64,000 nucleotides of DNA from Candidatus Levybacteria bacterium RIFCSPHIGHO2_01_FULL_38_26. Its GTDB lineage: Bacteria > Patescibacteriota > Microgenomatia > Levybacterales > UBA12049. The translations under genes were made by a program, and so were the position numbers. The stretch's first letter is position 1. Every line of letters begins with the position of its first letter. The notes below the pieces were generated by a model, which did no database searches, was not told the DNA's origin, and saw only the letters and a list, made by a program, of their open reading frames with translations. Below, piece by piece: positions 9,862 to 20,304 of this stretch. The stretch lies in NCBI GenBank assembly GCA_001782075.1, contig MFNO01000022.1:9540-73539 (forward strand), in the 5' to 3' direction.

Positions 9862-11351
9862 CAATATTTTTTCAAAAAATATTTACTCGCTATCCAAATA
9901 GAACCCAGCGAATGCTTGAAATATTGCCAGGATTTACTTCGTGGACTCTTATTCTTTTTCCTGTTTGGGGATCGCTGCTTATTCCTTACGTTGTTGCTTA
10001 CTTTATACTTTTTTTTGACGTTTATTGGTTTTATAAGTCGTTTTCACTGGCTATAACTGCTTATATTGCTTCCAAAAAAATAAAAGAGGCGGAAAATACG
10101 GATTGGCTAAAGAAAACAAAAAAACTCCGCAATTTTCAAAAAGTTACGCATGTCGTTGTAATTCCCAACTATAAAGAAAGTCTAGATAAACTTAGAGAAA
10201 CAGTCATGGCTCTGTCTTGGCAAACTTTTCCCCTAAAACGAATTTTTGTTGTTTTGGCAATGGAGGAGAGAGAAAAGGAGGCAACATATAAAGCCAAAAG
10301 CATAATTTCGGAATTTAGTCATATTTTTGGAGGCATCTTTGCTACTTACCACAAAGATGTTGCTGGAGAAGTTAAAGGTAAATCATCAAATGAGTCATAT
10401 GCTGCCAAAGTTGCGCATGATAAACTCGTGGATGATGGAATTATAGATATAAATTATGCAACTATATCTTCTGTTGATGCCGATTCAATCTTTGATAGAC
10501 AGTATTTTTCTTATCTTTGCTATAAGTTTCTCAACGATTCCAAACGCTATAATAAGTTTTGGCAGTCAGCAAATGTTTACTATAACAACTTTTGGAAGGT
10601 GCCGGCGCCTATTCGCGTCCTTGCTTTTTTTGGAAGTCTTTGGAGGATAGGCATACTTATTCAAAAAGACAGACTCGTTTCAAATTCTACCTATTCTTTG
10701 TCATTTTCGATGCTAAAAAAAATAGGATATTGGGATACAGATGTTATTCCTGAAGATTACAGAATTTTCTTCAAGGCTTTTTACAAACTGGGTGGAAACG
10801 TGTGGGCGGAGCCGATTTTTTTAAGAACGTCAATGGACGCACCTCTTTCTCATAGTTACATGAGAAGCCTTAAGAATAAATACAATCAAGAACTCCGTTG
10901 GTCATGGGGAGTATCGGATGATCCTTTGTTTATAAAATGGTGGTTAACAGTTCCCAACGTTCCCTTTATAAGAAAAACGATTATTCTTTACAATGTGCTT
11001 CTTGAACATTTTCTTTGGCCGGTCAATTGGTTTATCATAACAATCGCGGCAAATATTATGCCTTTTGTAAATCCTGTTTTTTCCCGCACCACTCTTGGCT
11101 ATAACTTGCCATACCTTGCGGGATTTATATTGACTTTGTGTCTTTTATCGCTGTGTTTTATGATAATTATAAACTTCAGACAGAGTTATAATTCCACTTC
11201 TCTATCAAAAGTTCGTCGATTATTAATGCCTCTTGAGTTTTTTCTCTTACCCATAGTTGGTTTTTTTCTCATAACTGTGCCTGCTCTTGTTTCACATACG
11301 CTTCTTATGATAGGAAAAAGGATTGAGTATAAAGTTACTGAAAAACTATGA
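9858..11351 (+). CDS. membrane-embedded processive family-2 glycosyltransferase (cellulose/chitin-synthase-like)
   Basis: N-terminal TM helices, a cytoplasmic GT-A domain with a DAD segment (SVDADS), the QxxRW hallmark (QELRW) and C-terminal TM helices. Confidence 0.6.
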   Translation: MTIFFQKIFTRYPNRTQRMLEILPGFTSWTLILFPVWGSLLIPYVVAYFILFFDVYWFYKSFSLAITAYIASKKIKEAENTDWLKKTKKLRNFQKVTHVVVIPNYKESLDKLRETVMALSWQTFPLKRIFVVLAMEEREKEATYKAKSIISEFSHIFGGIFATYHKDVAGEVKGKSSNESYAAKVAHDKLVDDGIIDINYATISSVDADSIFDRQYFSYLCYKFLNDSKRYNKFWQSANVYYNNFWKVPAPIRVLAFFGSLWRIGILIQKDRLVSNSTYSLSFSMLKKIGYWDTDVIPEDYRIFFKAFYKLGGNVWAEPIFLRTSMDAPLSHSYMRSLKNKYNQELRWSWGVSDDPLFIKWWLTVPNVPFIRKTIILYNVLLEHFLWPVNWFIITIAANIMPFVNPVFSRTTLGYNLPYLAGFILTLCLLSLCFMIIINFRQSYNSTSLSKVRRLLMPLEFFLLPIVGFFLITVPALVSHTLLMIGKRIEYKVTEKL

Positions 11352-12799
11352 GGATCGTCTTAAAACTTGGAAAAAGCCACGATCTTTTATTTCTCGTATT
11401 CTCCTTTGTTGCTTTTTTTCTACTTAGACTTCCTTCTTTTTTTGAGCCAAATTGGTATGGAGATGAGGGAGTATACCAGGCGATAGGAGAGGCTATCAAT
11501 AAAGGGAGTTTATTATATAGAGATATTTGGGATAACAAACCGCCGCTTCTTTATTTTCTTTACGCATTGTTTAACTCTGATCAGTTTGCCTTGCGGTTTG
11601 TCTCCTTTATTTTTGGAGCATTTTCTATTGTGGTTTTTTTCTTTTTGTCCAAAAAGCTTTTCTCGCATTATTTTTTGACTACTTCTATTTTCGTGATACT
11701 TTTGGGACTTCCTATTATTGAGGGGAATATTGCTAATGCCGAAAATTTCATGATGCTTCCAATTCTTTTGTCTGCCTTTTTAATCTATAGTTTGCCTAAA
11801 CCACATTCAAAAACTGTTAGCTTTCAATTAGTTGCGGCTGGTTTATTACTTGGCATTGCTTTTCTTTTTAAAGTGGTCGCAATTTTTGACCTAATTGCGT
11901 TTTTAATTTTTCTTGTTATTGCAAACATACATCATAGATTCGGTTTAGCCATAATAAAAGAGAAGGTATTACCTCTTGTTTTTGGTTTTTTAATGCCTTT
12001 TATTATTGCTGTTTTGTACTTTTGGACACAGGGCACTTTTGCGGATTTTGTAAAAGCAAGCTTTTCTAGTAATATCGGCTATGTAGCATGGGAGAACAAA
12101 GTTATCTTTTCTCAAGATTTGCTTTTACTTAAAACGCTTTTATTAGGAATTGTAGTTGTTTTGATTTTTGTAAAACGTAAGCTATTTAGCGTAAGCGCGC
12201 TTTTTATTCTATTGTGGTTTGTGTTCTCGTTGTATAGTGCTTTTTTTACCCAGCGCCCTTACACACACTATCTTTTAGTGCTTCTTCCTAGTTTTTGCCT
12301 TTTGTTTGGTTTAATATTTTCGGAGAAAAAACAGCAAAAGATACTAACTATTTTTTTTATTTTTGCACTCGTGTTGATTATGAAAAATTTCAACCTTTAT
12401 GAAAAATCAATTAGTTATTATCAAAATTTTGCCTCTTTTTTGATAGGAAACAAATCAGTTGTTTCTTATCAAGAGTTTTTCGATAAAAGAACGCCTGTTG
12501 ATTATAAAGTAGCGTCATTTATTAAGTCAAAACTAGGGAAAGAAGAAACAATTTTTATCTGGGGAAACAATGCCCAACTTTATAAAATCATAGGAACTAC
12601 GCCTTCTGTAAAGTACGTTGTATCATATCATGTCTTAAGCAACGAGGATGGGATGAGTAATATAAGAAAGACAATCAAAGCTACTAAGCCAAGGTTTATT
12701 ATTATCATGCCTGATCAAGAGCCTGCTTCTTTTGAGCTTGTCCAGTACTTTGAGAGAATTAGTATTGATAGGGTATCAATATATGAGAGGTTTTTTTAA
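11348..12799 (+). CDS. GT-C fold glycosyltransferase (GT39/GT83, PMT/ArnT-like), polytopic membrane protein
   Basis: More than 10 TM helices; first-loop WYGDEGVY (the DE motif of PMT/ArnT-type GT-C enzymes). Confidence 0.55.
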   Translation: MRIVLKLGKSHDLLFLVFSFVAFFLLRLPSFFEPNWYGDEGVYQAIGEAINKGSLLYRDIWDNKPPLLYFLYALFNSDQFALRFVSFIFGAFSIVVFFFLSKKLFSHYFLTTSIFVILLGLPIIEGNIANAENFMMLPILLSAFLIYSLPKPHSKTVSFQLVAAGLLLGIAFLFKVVAIFDLIAFLIFLVIANIHHRFGLAIIKEKVLPLVFGFLMPFIIAVLYFWTQGTFADFVKASFSSNIGYVAWENKVIFSQDLLLLKTLLLGIVVVLIFVKRKLFSVSALFILLWFVFSLYSAFFTQRPYTHYLLVLLPSFCLLFGLIFSEKKQQKILTIFFIFALVLIMKNFNLYEKSISYYQNFASFLIGNKSVVSYQEFFDKRTPVDYKVASFIKSKLGKEETIFIWGNNAQLYKIIGTTPSVKYVVSYHVLSNEDGMSNIRKTIKATKPRFIIIMPDQEPASFELVQYFERISIDRVSIYERFF

Positions 12800-13136
12800 A
12801 AATATAATCTTTGATAAAACTACGCGCTTGGGGTTCTTTGGCACTTTCGGGACAGTATTAATTACTTTTTTATTGATAGTAGTTTATTACAATAAGATGC
12901 CTCCTTTTGTTCCAATTTTTAATCAGCTTCCATGGGGAGAACAAAGGTTGGGGATAAAAACAGAAATATTTATTCCAGTTTCAATCGTTTTTCTAGTTTT
13001 TGTAGTTAATCTGTTGTTGTCTTCAATTATATACAAAAAAATTCCTCTTGCTTCCCGTATCCTGGTAATAAGTAGCTTTACTTTTTCTATTCTCGCTTTC
13101 TTTTTTACGATAAGAACAATTCAGCTAATAATTTAA
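12732..13136 (+). CDS. small membrane protein, 3-4 TM. The true start is probably an internal ATG near 12784, because this ORF overlaps the preceding gene by 68 bp.
   Basis: Hydrophobic profile only. Confidence 0.3.
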   Translation: MSLSSTLRELVLIGYQYMRGFFKNIIFDKTTRLGFFGTFGTVLITFLLIVVYYNKMPPFVPIFNQLPWGEQRLGIKTEIFIPVSIVFLVFVVNLLLSSIIYKKIPLASRILVISSFTFSILAFFFTIRTIQLII

Positions 13137-14200
13137 TGATAGTTTATTTACCTCTCATAACTGCGTTTCTTGCAACAATCATTGCAACGCCTCTGTCTTT
13201 GATTTTCATAAGACGTATGGGACTTTTTGATGATCCAAAAAGCCACAAGCATCCGGGTATAATTCACAAGATTCCAATACCAAGGGGCGGAGGAATACCT
13301 CTTGTTATAGGTATCTTTTTCGGGTCTATTTTTTTTCTGCCTTTTTCAAGCATTACTATTGCATTGTATTTTGCCTTGTTGTTCGCACTTTTTGTCGGGG
13401 TGTTGGATGACAAATTTGACATTTCTCCTTATTTTAGGTTTTTACTAAATATAATAGCGGCAATTATAGTGGTGGCAAGTGGCGTAGCCGTGCCTTTTAT
13501 TACAAACCCCTTTGATGGAATTCTTAATCTGGACAGTGTTGTTTTTTTCTCTCCTTTTGATACTTTTAATATTACAGCTTCTCAGATAATTGCAGTTATT
13601 TGGATAGTTTGGGTTATGAACATGCTTAATTGGAGTAAAGGGGTTGATGGACAGATGCCTGGAATAGTGGCAATATCGGCAGTTATCATTGGTATTGTAA
13701 GCATGCGTTATCCTCTAACTGAAGAGAATACTTTGATCGCCACAACTCTGTCATTTGCTATAGCTGGAAGCGCATTGGGTTTTTTGCTTTACAATTTTTA
13801 TCCTGCAAAAATTTTTCCAGGTTACGGCGCTACTGCTCTCTATCTTGCATTGGCAGTTGTATCTGTTCTTTCCAGCTCAAAACTGGCAACCGCAATACTT
13901 GTCATGGGAGTCCCGATGGTTGATGGAGCATTTACTGTAGTGCGAAGAATTCTAACAGGCCGTTCTCCTTTTTGGCATGACAACAAACATCTTCATCATT
14001 TGCTTCTTAGCCTTGGTCTTGGCCAGCGGTCCATAGCCTTGTTTTACTGGGGGATATCTGCTATATTAGGTACGATTTCTCTTCTTTTGTCAAGCAGAGG
14101 CAAAATGTTTGCAATTATAATGTTGATAGTTTTGGTAGGGGGAGCTTTGTTTTTTCTGCATTATGCCTTGAGCCATACAAATGATAAAAAAAACATATAA
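13136..14200 (+). CDS. polyprenyl-phosphate N-acetylhexosamine-1-phosphate transferase family (MraY/WecA-like)
   Basis: NMLNWSKGVDGQMPG matches the N..N..DG.DG signature of the MraY/WecA family; about 10 TM helices; 354 aa. Confidence 0.7.
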   Translation: MIVYLPLITAFLATIIATPLSLIFIRRMGLFDDPKSHKHPGIIHKIPIPRGGGIPLVIGIFFGSIFFLPFSSITIALYFALLFALFVGVLDDKFDISPYFRFLLNIIAAIIVVASGVAVPFITNPFDGILNLDSVVFFSPFDTFNITASQIIAVIWIVWVMNMLNWSKGVDGQMPGIVAISAVIIGIVSMRYPLTEENTLIATTLSFAIAGSALGFLLYNFYPAKIFPGYGATALYLALAVVSVLSSSKLATAILVMGVPMVDGAFTVVRRILTGRSPFWHDNKHLHHLLLSLGLGQRSIALFYWGISAILGTISLLLSSRGKMFAIIMLIVLVGGALFFLHYALSHTNDKKNI

Positions 14201-15122
14201 AATTTTAAAACTATTGCGGCCCAAACAATGGATAAAAAATTTGGCAATTTTTGCTGCGATTACTTTCTCGGGCAACCTGTTTGAACCTCTGATCTTTCAA
14301 CAAGTTCTGATCGCATTTTTTGCATTTTGCGGTCTTTCTTCTGCTGCATACATAGTTAACGATATATTTGACATAAAAAAAGACAGACTTCATCCTTTTA
14401 AAAAATTCAGGCCGCTAGCGCATGGAGATATTTCTATACCTGTTGCTCTTGTTATAGCGGCTTTTCTTACAATTGGATCATTATTTTTGGGATTTTTTGT
14501 AACGCCTGCATTTTTTTTGCTAGCTCTTATATATCTAGCCATTCAACTTCTATACTCGACGATCTTAAAACCAATAGCTATTATTGACATCTTGGCCATA
14601 GCGGCAGGATATATCCTCAGAGTTTACGCGGGCGAGGTAGCATCTGGCTTTCACATATCAGTCTGGCTGTCTTTGACAACGATTTCGGTATCTCTATTCT
14701 TGGCTATCGGCAAAAGAAGATCGGAGCTTACTCTTTTGTCTAGTAACAAAAGTTTAGATATAGCGAATATAAGAAAATCTTTGTCTCATTATTCGGAAAG
14801 ACTTTTAGATGTCTATGCTTCAATTTTCGCAACATCAACTTTTATTTCTTATACTCTTTTTACTTTTCTTGAGAACCCAAGAGGGCTAAAGCTTGGCCTA
14901 AGCGTTCTTCTTCCAGATTTTTTGCCGGATTTTTTCCAGAGAAAGTGGCTCATGATAACAATTGCTCCGGTTGTCTATGGACTCATGCGGTACCTGCAAG
15001 ATATTTATGAAAAGCAGGAAGGGGAAAGCCCAGAAAGAGTTCTTTTGTCAGACAAACCGCTTCTTATAACTGTAATTATTTGGATTATATTTGTTATTGG
15101 AATAATATATGTTTTGGGCTAA
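14181..15122 (+). CDS. UbiA-family prenyltransferase (decaprenyl-phosphate phosphoribosyltransferase-like)
   Basis: NDIFDIKKDRLHPFKKFRPLA matches the NDxxDxxxD...RP(I/L)A motif; 8-9 TM helices. Confidence 0.7.
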   Translation: MIKKTYKILKLLRPKQWIKNLAIFAAITFSGNLFEPLIFQQVLIAFFAFCGLSSAAYIVNDIFDIKKDRLHPFKKFRPLAHGDISIPVALVIAAFLTIGSLFLGFFVTPAFFLLALIYLAIQLLYSTILKPIAIIDILAIAAGYILRVYAGEVASGFHISVWLSLTTISVSLFLAIGKRRSELTLLSSNKSLDIANIRKSLSHYSERLLDVYASIFATSTFISYTLFTFLENPRGLKLGLSVLLPDFLPDFFQRKWLMITIAPVVYGLMRYLQDIYEKQEGESPERVLLSDKPLLITVIIWIIFVIGIIYVLG

Positions 15123-15134
15123 TAAGTATAATCC

Positions 15135-15992
15135 ATGAAGTTAAAATACAAAGATAAGCTAGGGAAGACAATCAAATATTTTAGCGCAAAAGAATCTCGC
15201 TGGGGTTATAGTTTGCTCCTTAGGGGAACAAAGCATTTTGGATATTATCCAGTAGGAAAAGAACATATACCGATGAGCAAGGCTCAAAGATTAATGGAGG
15301 ATAAGTTGGGAAAAAAACTCGATCTTCCTCATAATTCGATGTTGTTAGATGCCGGCAGCGGTGAAGGAAATGTAGCAATATATCTCGCGGAAAAATACGG
15401 TTTTAACATACGCGGAGTAGACTTATTGGGTTTTGCAGTTAAACGCGCAGAGGAAAAATCCAAAAGATTGAATTTGCAAAATAAAGTTGAATTCCACGCT
15501 GGAGATTATACCAAGTTGAATTTTCCAAATAAGACCTTCGATGGCGTTTACACGATGGAGACTTTAGTACATGTCCCTGATTACAAAAAAGCCCTTTCAG
15601 AGTTTTACCGAATATTAAAACCTGGAGGTAGACTAGCTCTTTTTGAGTATTCGATACCTTCGAGGGAAAATCTTTCGCCAGAAGATCAACAGACTTGGAA
15701 TATGATCAACGAAGAATCTGGCATGCATAGTCTGCCATATTTTATTCATGGGAAAATGCCTCAAATACTAAAAAATGCAGGATTCGATAATGTTGTGGTA
15801 GAAAATATTACTCCGCACGTTCTTCCGATGTTAAGAAAATTTTATTTAATTGCGTACGTGCCTTATATTCTTTTTAAAGCATTAGGATTGCAAAGAAAAT
15901 TTATTAATACAACCTCGCCAGTTGAAGTATATAGAAGGTTAAAAGCAACCGATTATTGGAGGTACAATGTTATTACTGCAGTAAAAAGGTAA
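15135..15992 (+). CDS. class I SAM-dependent methyltransferase
   Basis: Motif I LLDAGSGEGNVAIYLAE and post-I acidic loop. Confidence 0.6.
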   Translation: MKLKYKDKLGKTIKYFSAKESRWGYSLLLRGTKHFGYYPVGKEHIPMSKAQRLMEDKLGKKLDLPHNSMLLDAGSGEGNVAIYLAEKYGFNIRGVDLLGFAVKRAEEKSKRLNLQNKVEFHAGDYTKLNFPNKTFDGVYTMETLVHVPDYKKALSEFYRILKPGGRLALFEYSIPSRENLSPEDQQTWNMINEESGMHSLPYFIHGKMPQILKNAGFDNVVVENITPHVLPMLRKFYLIAYVPYILFKALGLQRKFINTTSPVEVYRRLKATDYWRYNVITAVKR

Positions 15993-16025
15993 CTGTTCTG
16001 CGATTACGTCTAGGTATTGGTAACT

Positions 16026-16841
16026 TTATTGTTTCTCTGCGTATTGGCTGCTGATCCAGCCTGTAGTTTCATCATCAAGTTTTATCTCAAGCCATCCGTC
16101 CCCCTCGCTTACTAAATCAAAAGTTTCACCAGGGTTTACTCTATCAATTTCCAGAGAAGCTGTTGAGCTGGCAGATCTGACTCTAAGAAATCCGGTCGGA
16201 GTATCAAGTATTACTATTTTGTTAACAGCTTGTGGTTGTTCCTGTGCCGAAGGGCTTGATACAGGTAGTATACCGAGAGAAATTAAGGCGGTGAGCTTAA
16301 ATCCTAGAGCTGTTTTTATCGCGACCGATCTATCTTTGTATCCTTCTTTTGTGATATTTAGAATATAATCAGAAGATTTGGACTCTTTAAGTGAAAATGG
16401 AGTTGTGCCTGATGGTTTGTTATTTAAAAACACACTCGTATCGTTTGGCAGAGACATAATCAAAAGTTCAGCTTCTTTGTCGCTGGGAATTGAGGTAAGA
16501 CTAATAATACTGCTGCTACCCTGAGACCCTTCTTCAAATTCCTTGTCAATAACTGTAAGAGTAGATTTATTTATAGTGATTTTTTCTTCAAATTCTCCAA
16601 ATTCGCTATTGGCAGGGACTAGTTTTATCGAATGCTCTCCAGTTTCAATAAGATCTTCAGGGTTACATTTACAAAGAGGTGTGTCTCCTATTTTTTCCCC
16701 ATTTAGAAACACTGATGCGACTGGCGTTGAGGTTACTTGCAGAGCTCCTTTTCCTGAGTTGTCTTGGAAAAATAATATAACACCTAAAAAAATGATTCCC
16801 GCCAAGAGGAGAAGAAAAACGAATATAATAATCTTTTTCAT
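16026..16841 (-). CDS. secreted/membrane-anchored protein with C-terminal bacterial SH3-like domain
   Basis: N-terminal signal/TM helix; C-terminal ...PGETFDLVSEGDGWLEIKLDDETTGWISSQY resembles SH3b. Confidence 0.4.
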   Translation of the reverse strand: MKKIIIFVFLLLLAGIIFLGVILFFQDNSGKGALQVTSTPVASVFLNGEKIGDTPLCKCNPEDLIETGEHSIKLVPANSEFGEFEEKITINKSTLTVIDKEFEEGSQGSSSIISLTSIPSDKEAELLIMSLPNDTSVFLNNKPSGTTPFSLKESKSSDYILNITKEGYKDRSVAIKTALGFKLTALISLGILPVSSPSAQEQPQAVNKIVILDTPTGFLRVRSASSTASLEIDRVNPGETFDLVSEGDGWLEIKLDDETTGWISSQYAEKQ

Positions 16842-16905
16842 GGTGATAGTAACAATTGTTTATTATGATAACATAAAGAACATTATTCTCACAAACTTAT
16901 TAAAC

Positions 16906-16935
16906 AAAAAAACCGCCTCTTCAGCGGTAATTTTT
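16906..16935 (-). terminator. intrinsic terminator downstream of groEL (hairpin with flanking A/T runs, potentially bidirectional)
   Basis: AAAAAAA-CCGCCTCTTCAGCGG-TAATTTTT; on the minus strand this reads hairpin + TTTTTTT. Confidence 0.55.
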
Positions 16936-16956
16936 CACTTTTAATTTTTAATTTTC

Positions 16957-18907
<1,951 letters not shown>

Positions 18908-18940
18908 AGCTTAAATATTGAAAGGCAGTTTTTCAAAAAA

Positions 18941-18996
18941 ATGTCACTTGTTAAAAGCGACTGCTAATTTATACTACAAAAATAAAAATCTGTCAA
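18941..18996 (-). promoter_or_regulatory. groES promoter with a possible degenerate CIRCE
   Basis: On the minus strand: TTGACA (+18991-18996), 17 nt, TATAAA (+18969-18974), then TTAGCAGTC-N9-AAGTGACAT (+18941-18967). The left half-site has 1 mismatch to CIRCE and the right half has 4. Confidence 0.3.
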
Positions 18997-19014
18997 TAGC
19001 CTATAGTTATCCTC

Positions 19015-19043
19015 TTGACACTAATCAGAAATTCTGATATTCT
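19015..19043 (+). promoter_or_regulatory. promoter of the antitoxin-toxin operon with a perfect palindromic operator
   Basis: -35 TTGACA at 19015-19020; the 15-bp palindrome ATCAGAAATTCTGAT at 19024-19038 lies between -35 and a TATTCT -10 box. Confidence 0.4.
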
Positions 19044-19052
19044 GAACATAAT

Positions 19053-19316
19053 ATGAAATTACTGCAAACAACCAGCATTATTCGCAATCGAGGTCAACTT
19101 ACTATTCCTGAGCCTATTCGAAAAGCTGTAGGCTGGGCAAATCCTTTGTCTGCTGTTTCTGTTTCAACTATGCATCCCGATGAAATTGTTATTCGACCTA
19201 AAAAAGAGGTTGATTGGGATAATATCTGGAAAGGTATAAAAAAAGCAAGAAGCTTAAAAGGAAAAAGAAGGGGTAGCCTATCTAAGTTTATAGCAGAGGA
19301 CAGGTATCGCCACTGA
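19053..19316 (+). CDS. AbrB/MazE-fold antitoxin (VapB-like)
   Basis: 87 aa; N-terminal swapped-hairpin-like IRNRGQLTIPEPIRKAVGW; directly precedes the PIN gene with a 1-bp overlap. Confidence 0.6.
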   Translation: MKLLQTTSIIRNRGQLTIPEPIRKAVGWANPLSAVSVSTMHPDEIVIRPKKEVDWDNIWKGIKKARSLKGKRRGSLSKFIAEDRYRH

Positions 19317-19750
19317 TGAAGAAGATTGTCGTTGATTCCTCGGTAATAATCAAATGGTTACACAAAGAAAATGAAAGATATCTTGATCAAGCGAGTAAAA
19401 TCTTAGAGGATGTCAAAAATGGCATTGTTACACTTCTTGCTCCTGAGCTTGCAAAATATGAAGTAGGAAATGCGTTTCTCTTTGGTAAAAAACTATCTAC
19501 CGATCAAGCAAAAATTCCTCTTGCCGCTTTTTATTTATTGCCGATTCGGTTTACTGTTCAATCAGAACAATCTGCAATTCTGACTTACGAAACAGCAGAA
19601 GAATTGAAGATTACTTACTATGACGCAAGTTTTATAGCTCTAGCTCATCAGGAGAAAGCCATTTTGGTTACCGACAACCCAAAACATCAAGGAAAAGATA
19701 AAAAGATTAAAGTTGTGCCACTGTCTGAGTACGGAGGGAAAGACCAATAA
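19316..19750 (+). CDS. vapC: PIN-domain ribonuclease toxin (VapC-like)
   Basis: N-terminal KIVVDSSVIIKW with a conserved acidic residue at position ~7, plus later acidic residues (TYYDASFIALA...VTDN). Confidence 0.65.
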   Translation: MKKIVVDSSVIIKWLHKENERYLDQASKILEDVKNGIVTLLAPELAKYEVGNAFLFGKKLSTDQAKIPLAAFYLLPIRFTVQSEQSAILTYETAEELKITYYDASFIALAHQEKAILVTDNPKHQGKDKKIKVVPLSEYGGKDQ

Positions 19751-19887
19751 TAAGATGGTACAGTAATACAGTTTACGGGAGTGAAAGAAGAGTAAAAACA
19801 CCGTTACCGAATTTGTGAACACTTATAGTCGTCACTATTCCATGAAGAAACTTGAATCCTGCTATTAAGTCTGTTAAATTATTATAA

Positions 19888-20247
19888 ATGGTTTACAAAT
19901 CCAGAACAGAACATATTTTGATGATCCTACTGCAATGCTTCAATTTCTTCTCAGCCTTTGTGTCTGGACTTTTCTTGCTGTTTGCTGCATATCTTTTTTT
20001 CATGCAAAGTTTTCTGGCTATTCACCCAACTTTAGTTGTACATAGTATCTTTTGGTTACCGGTATCAATTAACCTATTGCGGCGAAGGCGTTGGGCATGG
20101 GTCTTAGCACTTGTAGGAGTTACTTCAATTCTTTTCGGCAATATCCTATTTATGATTTACTCTTTTCGAACAGTATACTGGTTTCCTATTTCGTTTAATC
20201 TTATCTATTTGTTTCTTCTATTAATTAACAGAAAGTTTTACAAGTAA
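19888..20247 (+). CDS. hypothetical membrane protein
   Basis: 119 aa, 3-4 TM helices. Confidence 0.25.
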   Translation: MVYKSRTEHILMILLQCFNFFSAFVSGLFLLFAAYLFFMQSFLAIHPTLVVHSIFWLPVSINLLRRRRWAWVLALVGVTSILFGNILFMIYSFRTVYWFPISFNLIYLFLLLINRKFYK

Positions 20248-20304
20248 TTTTCAAAATAATAATCTTGAAAAGTACAGAAGTACAGTAGTTTCGCTACTTG
20301 CTAC

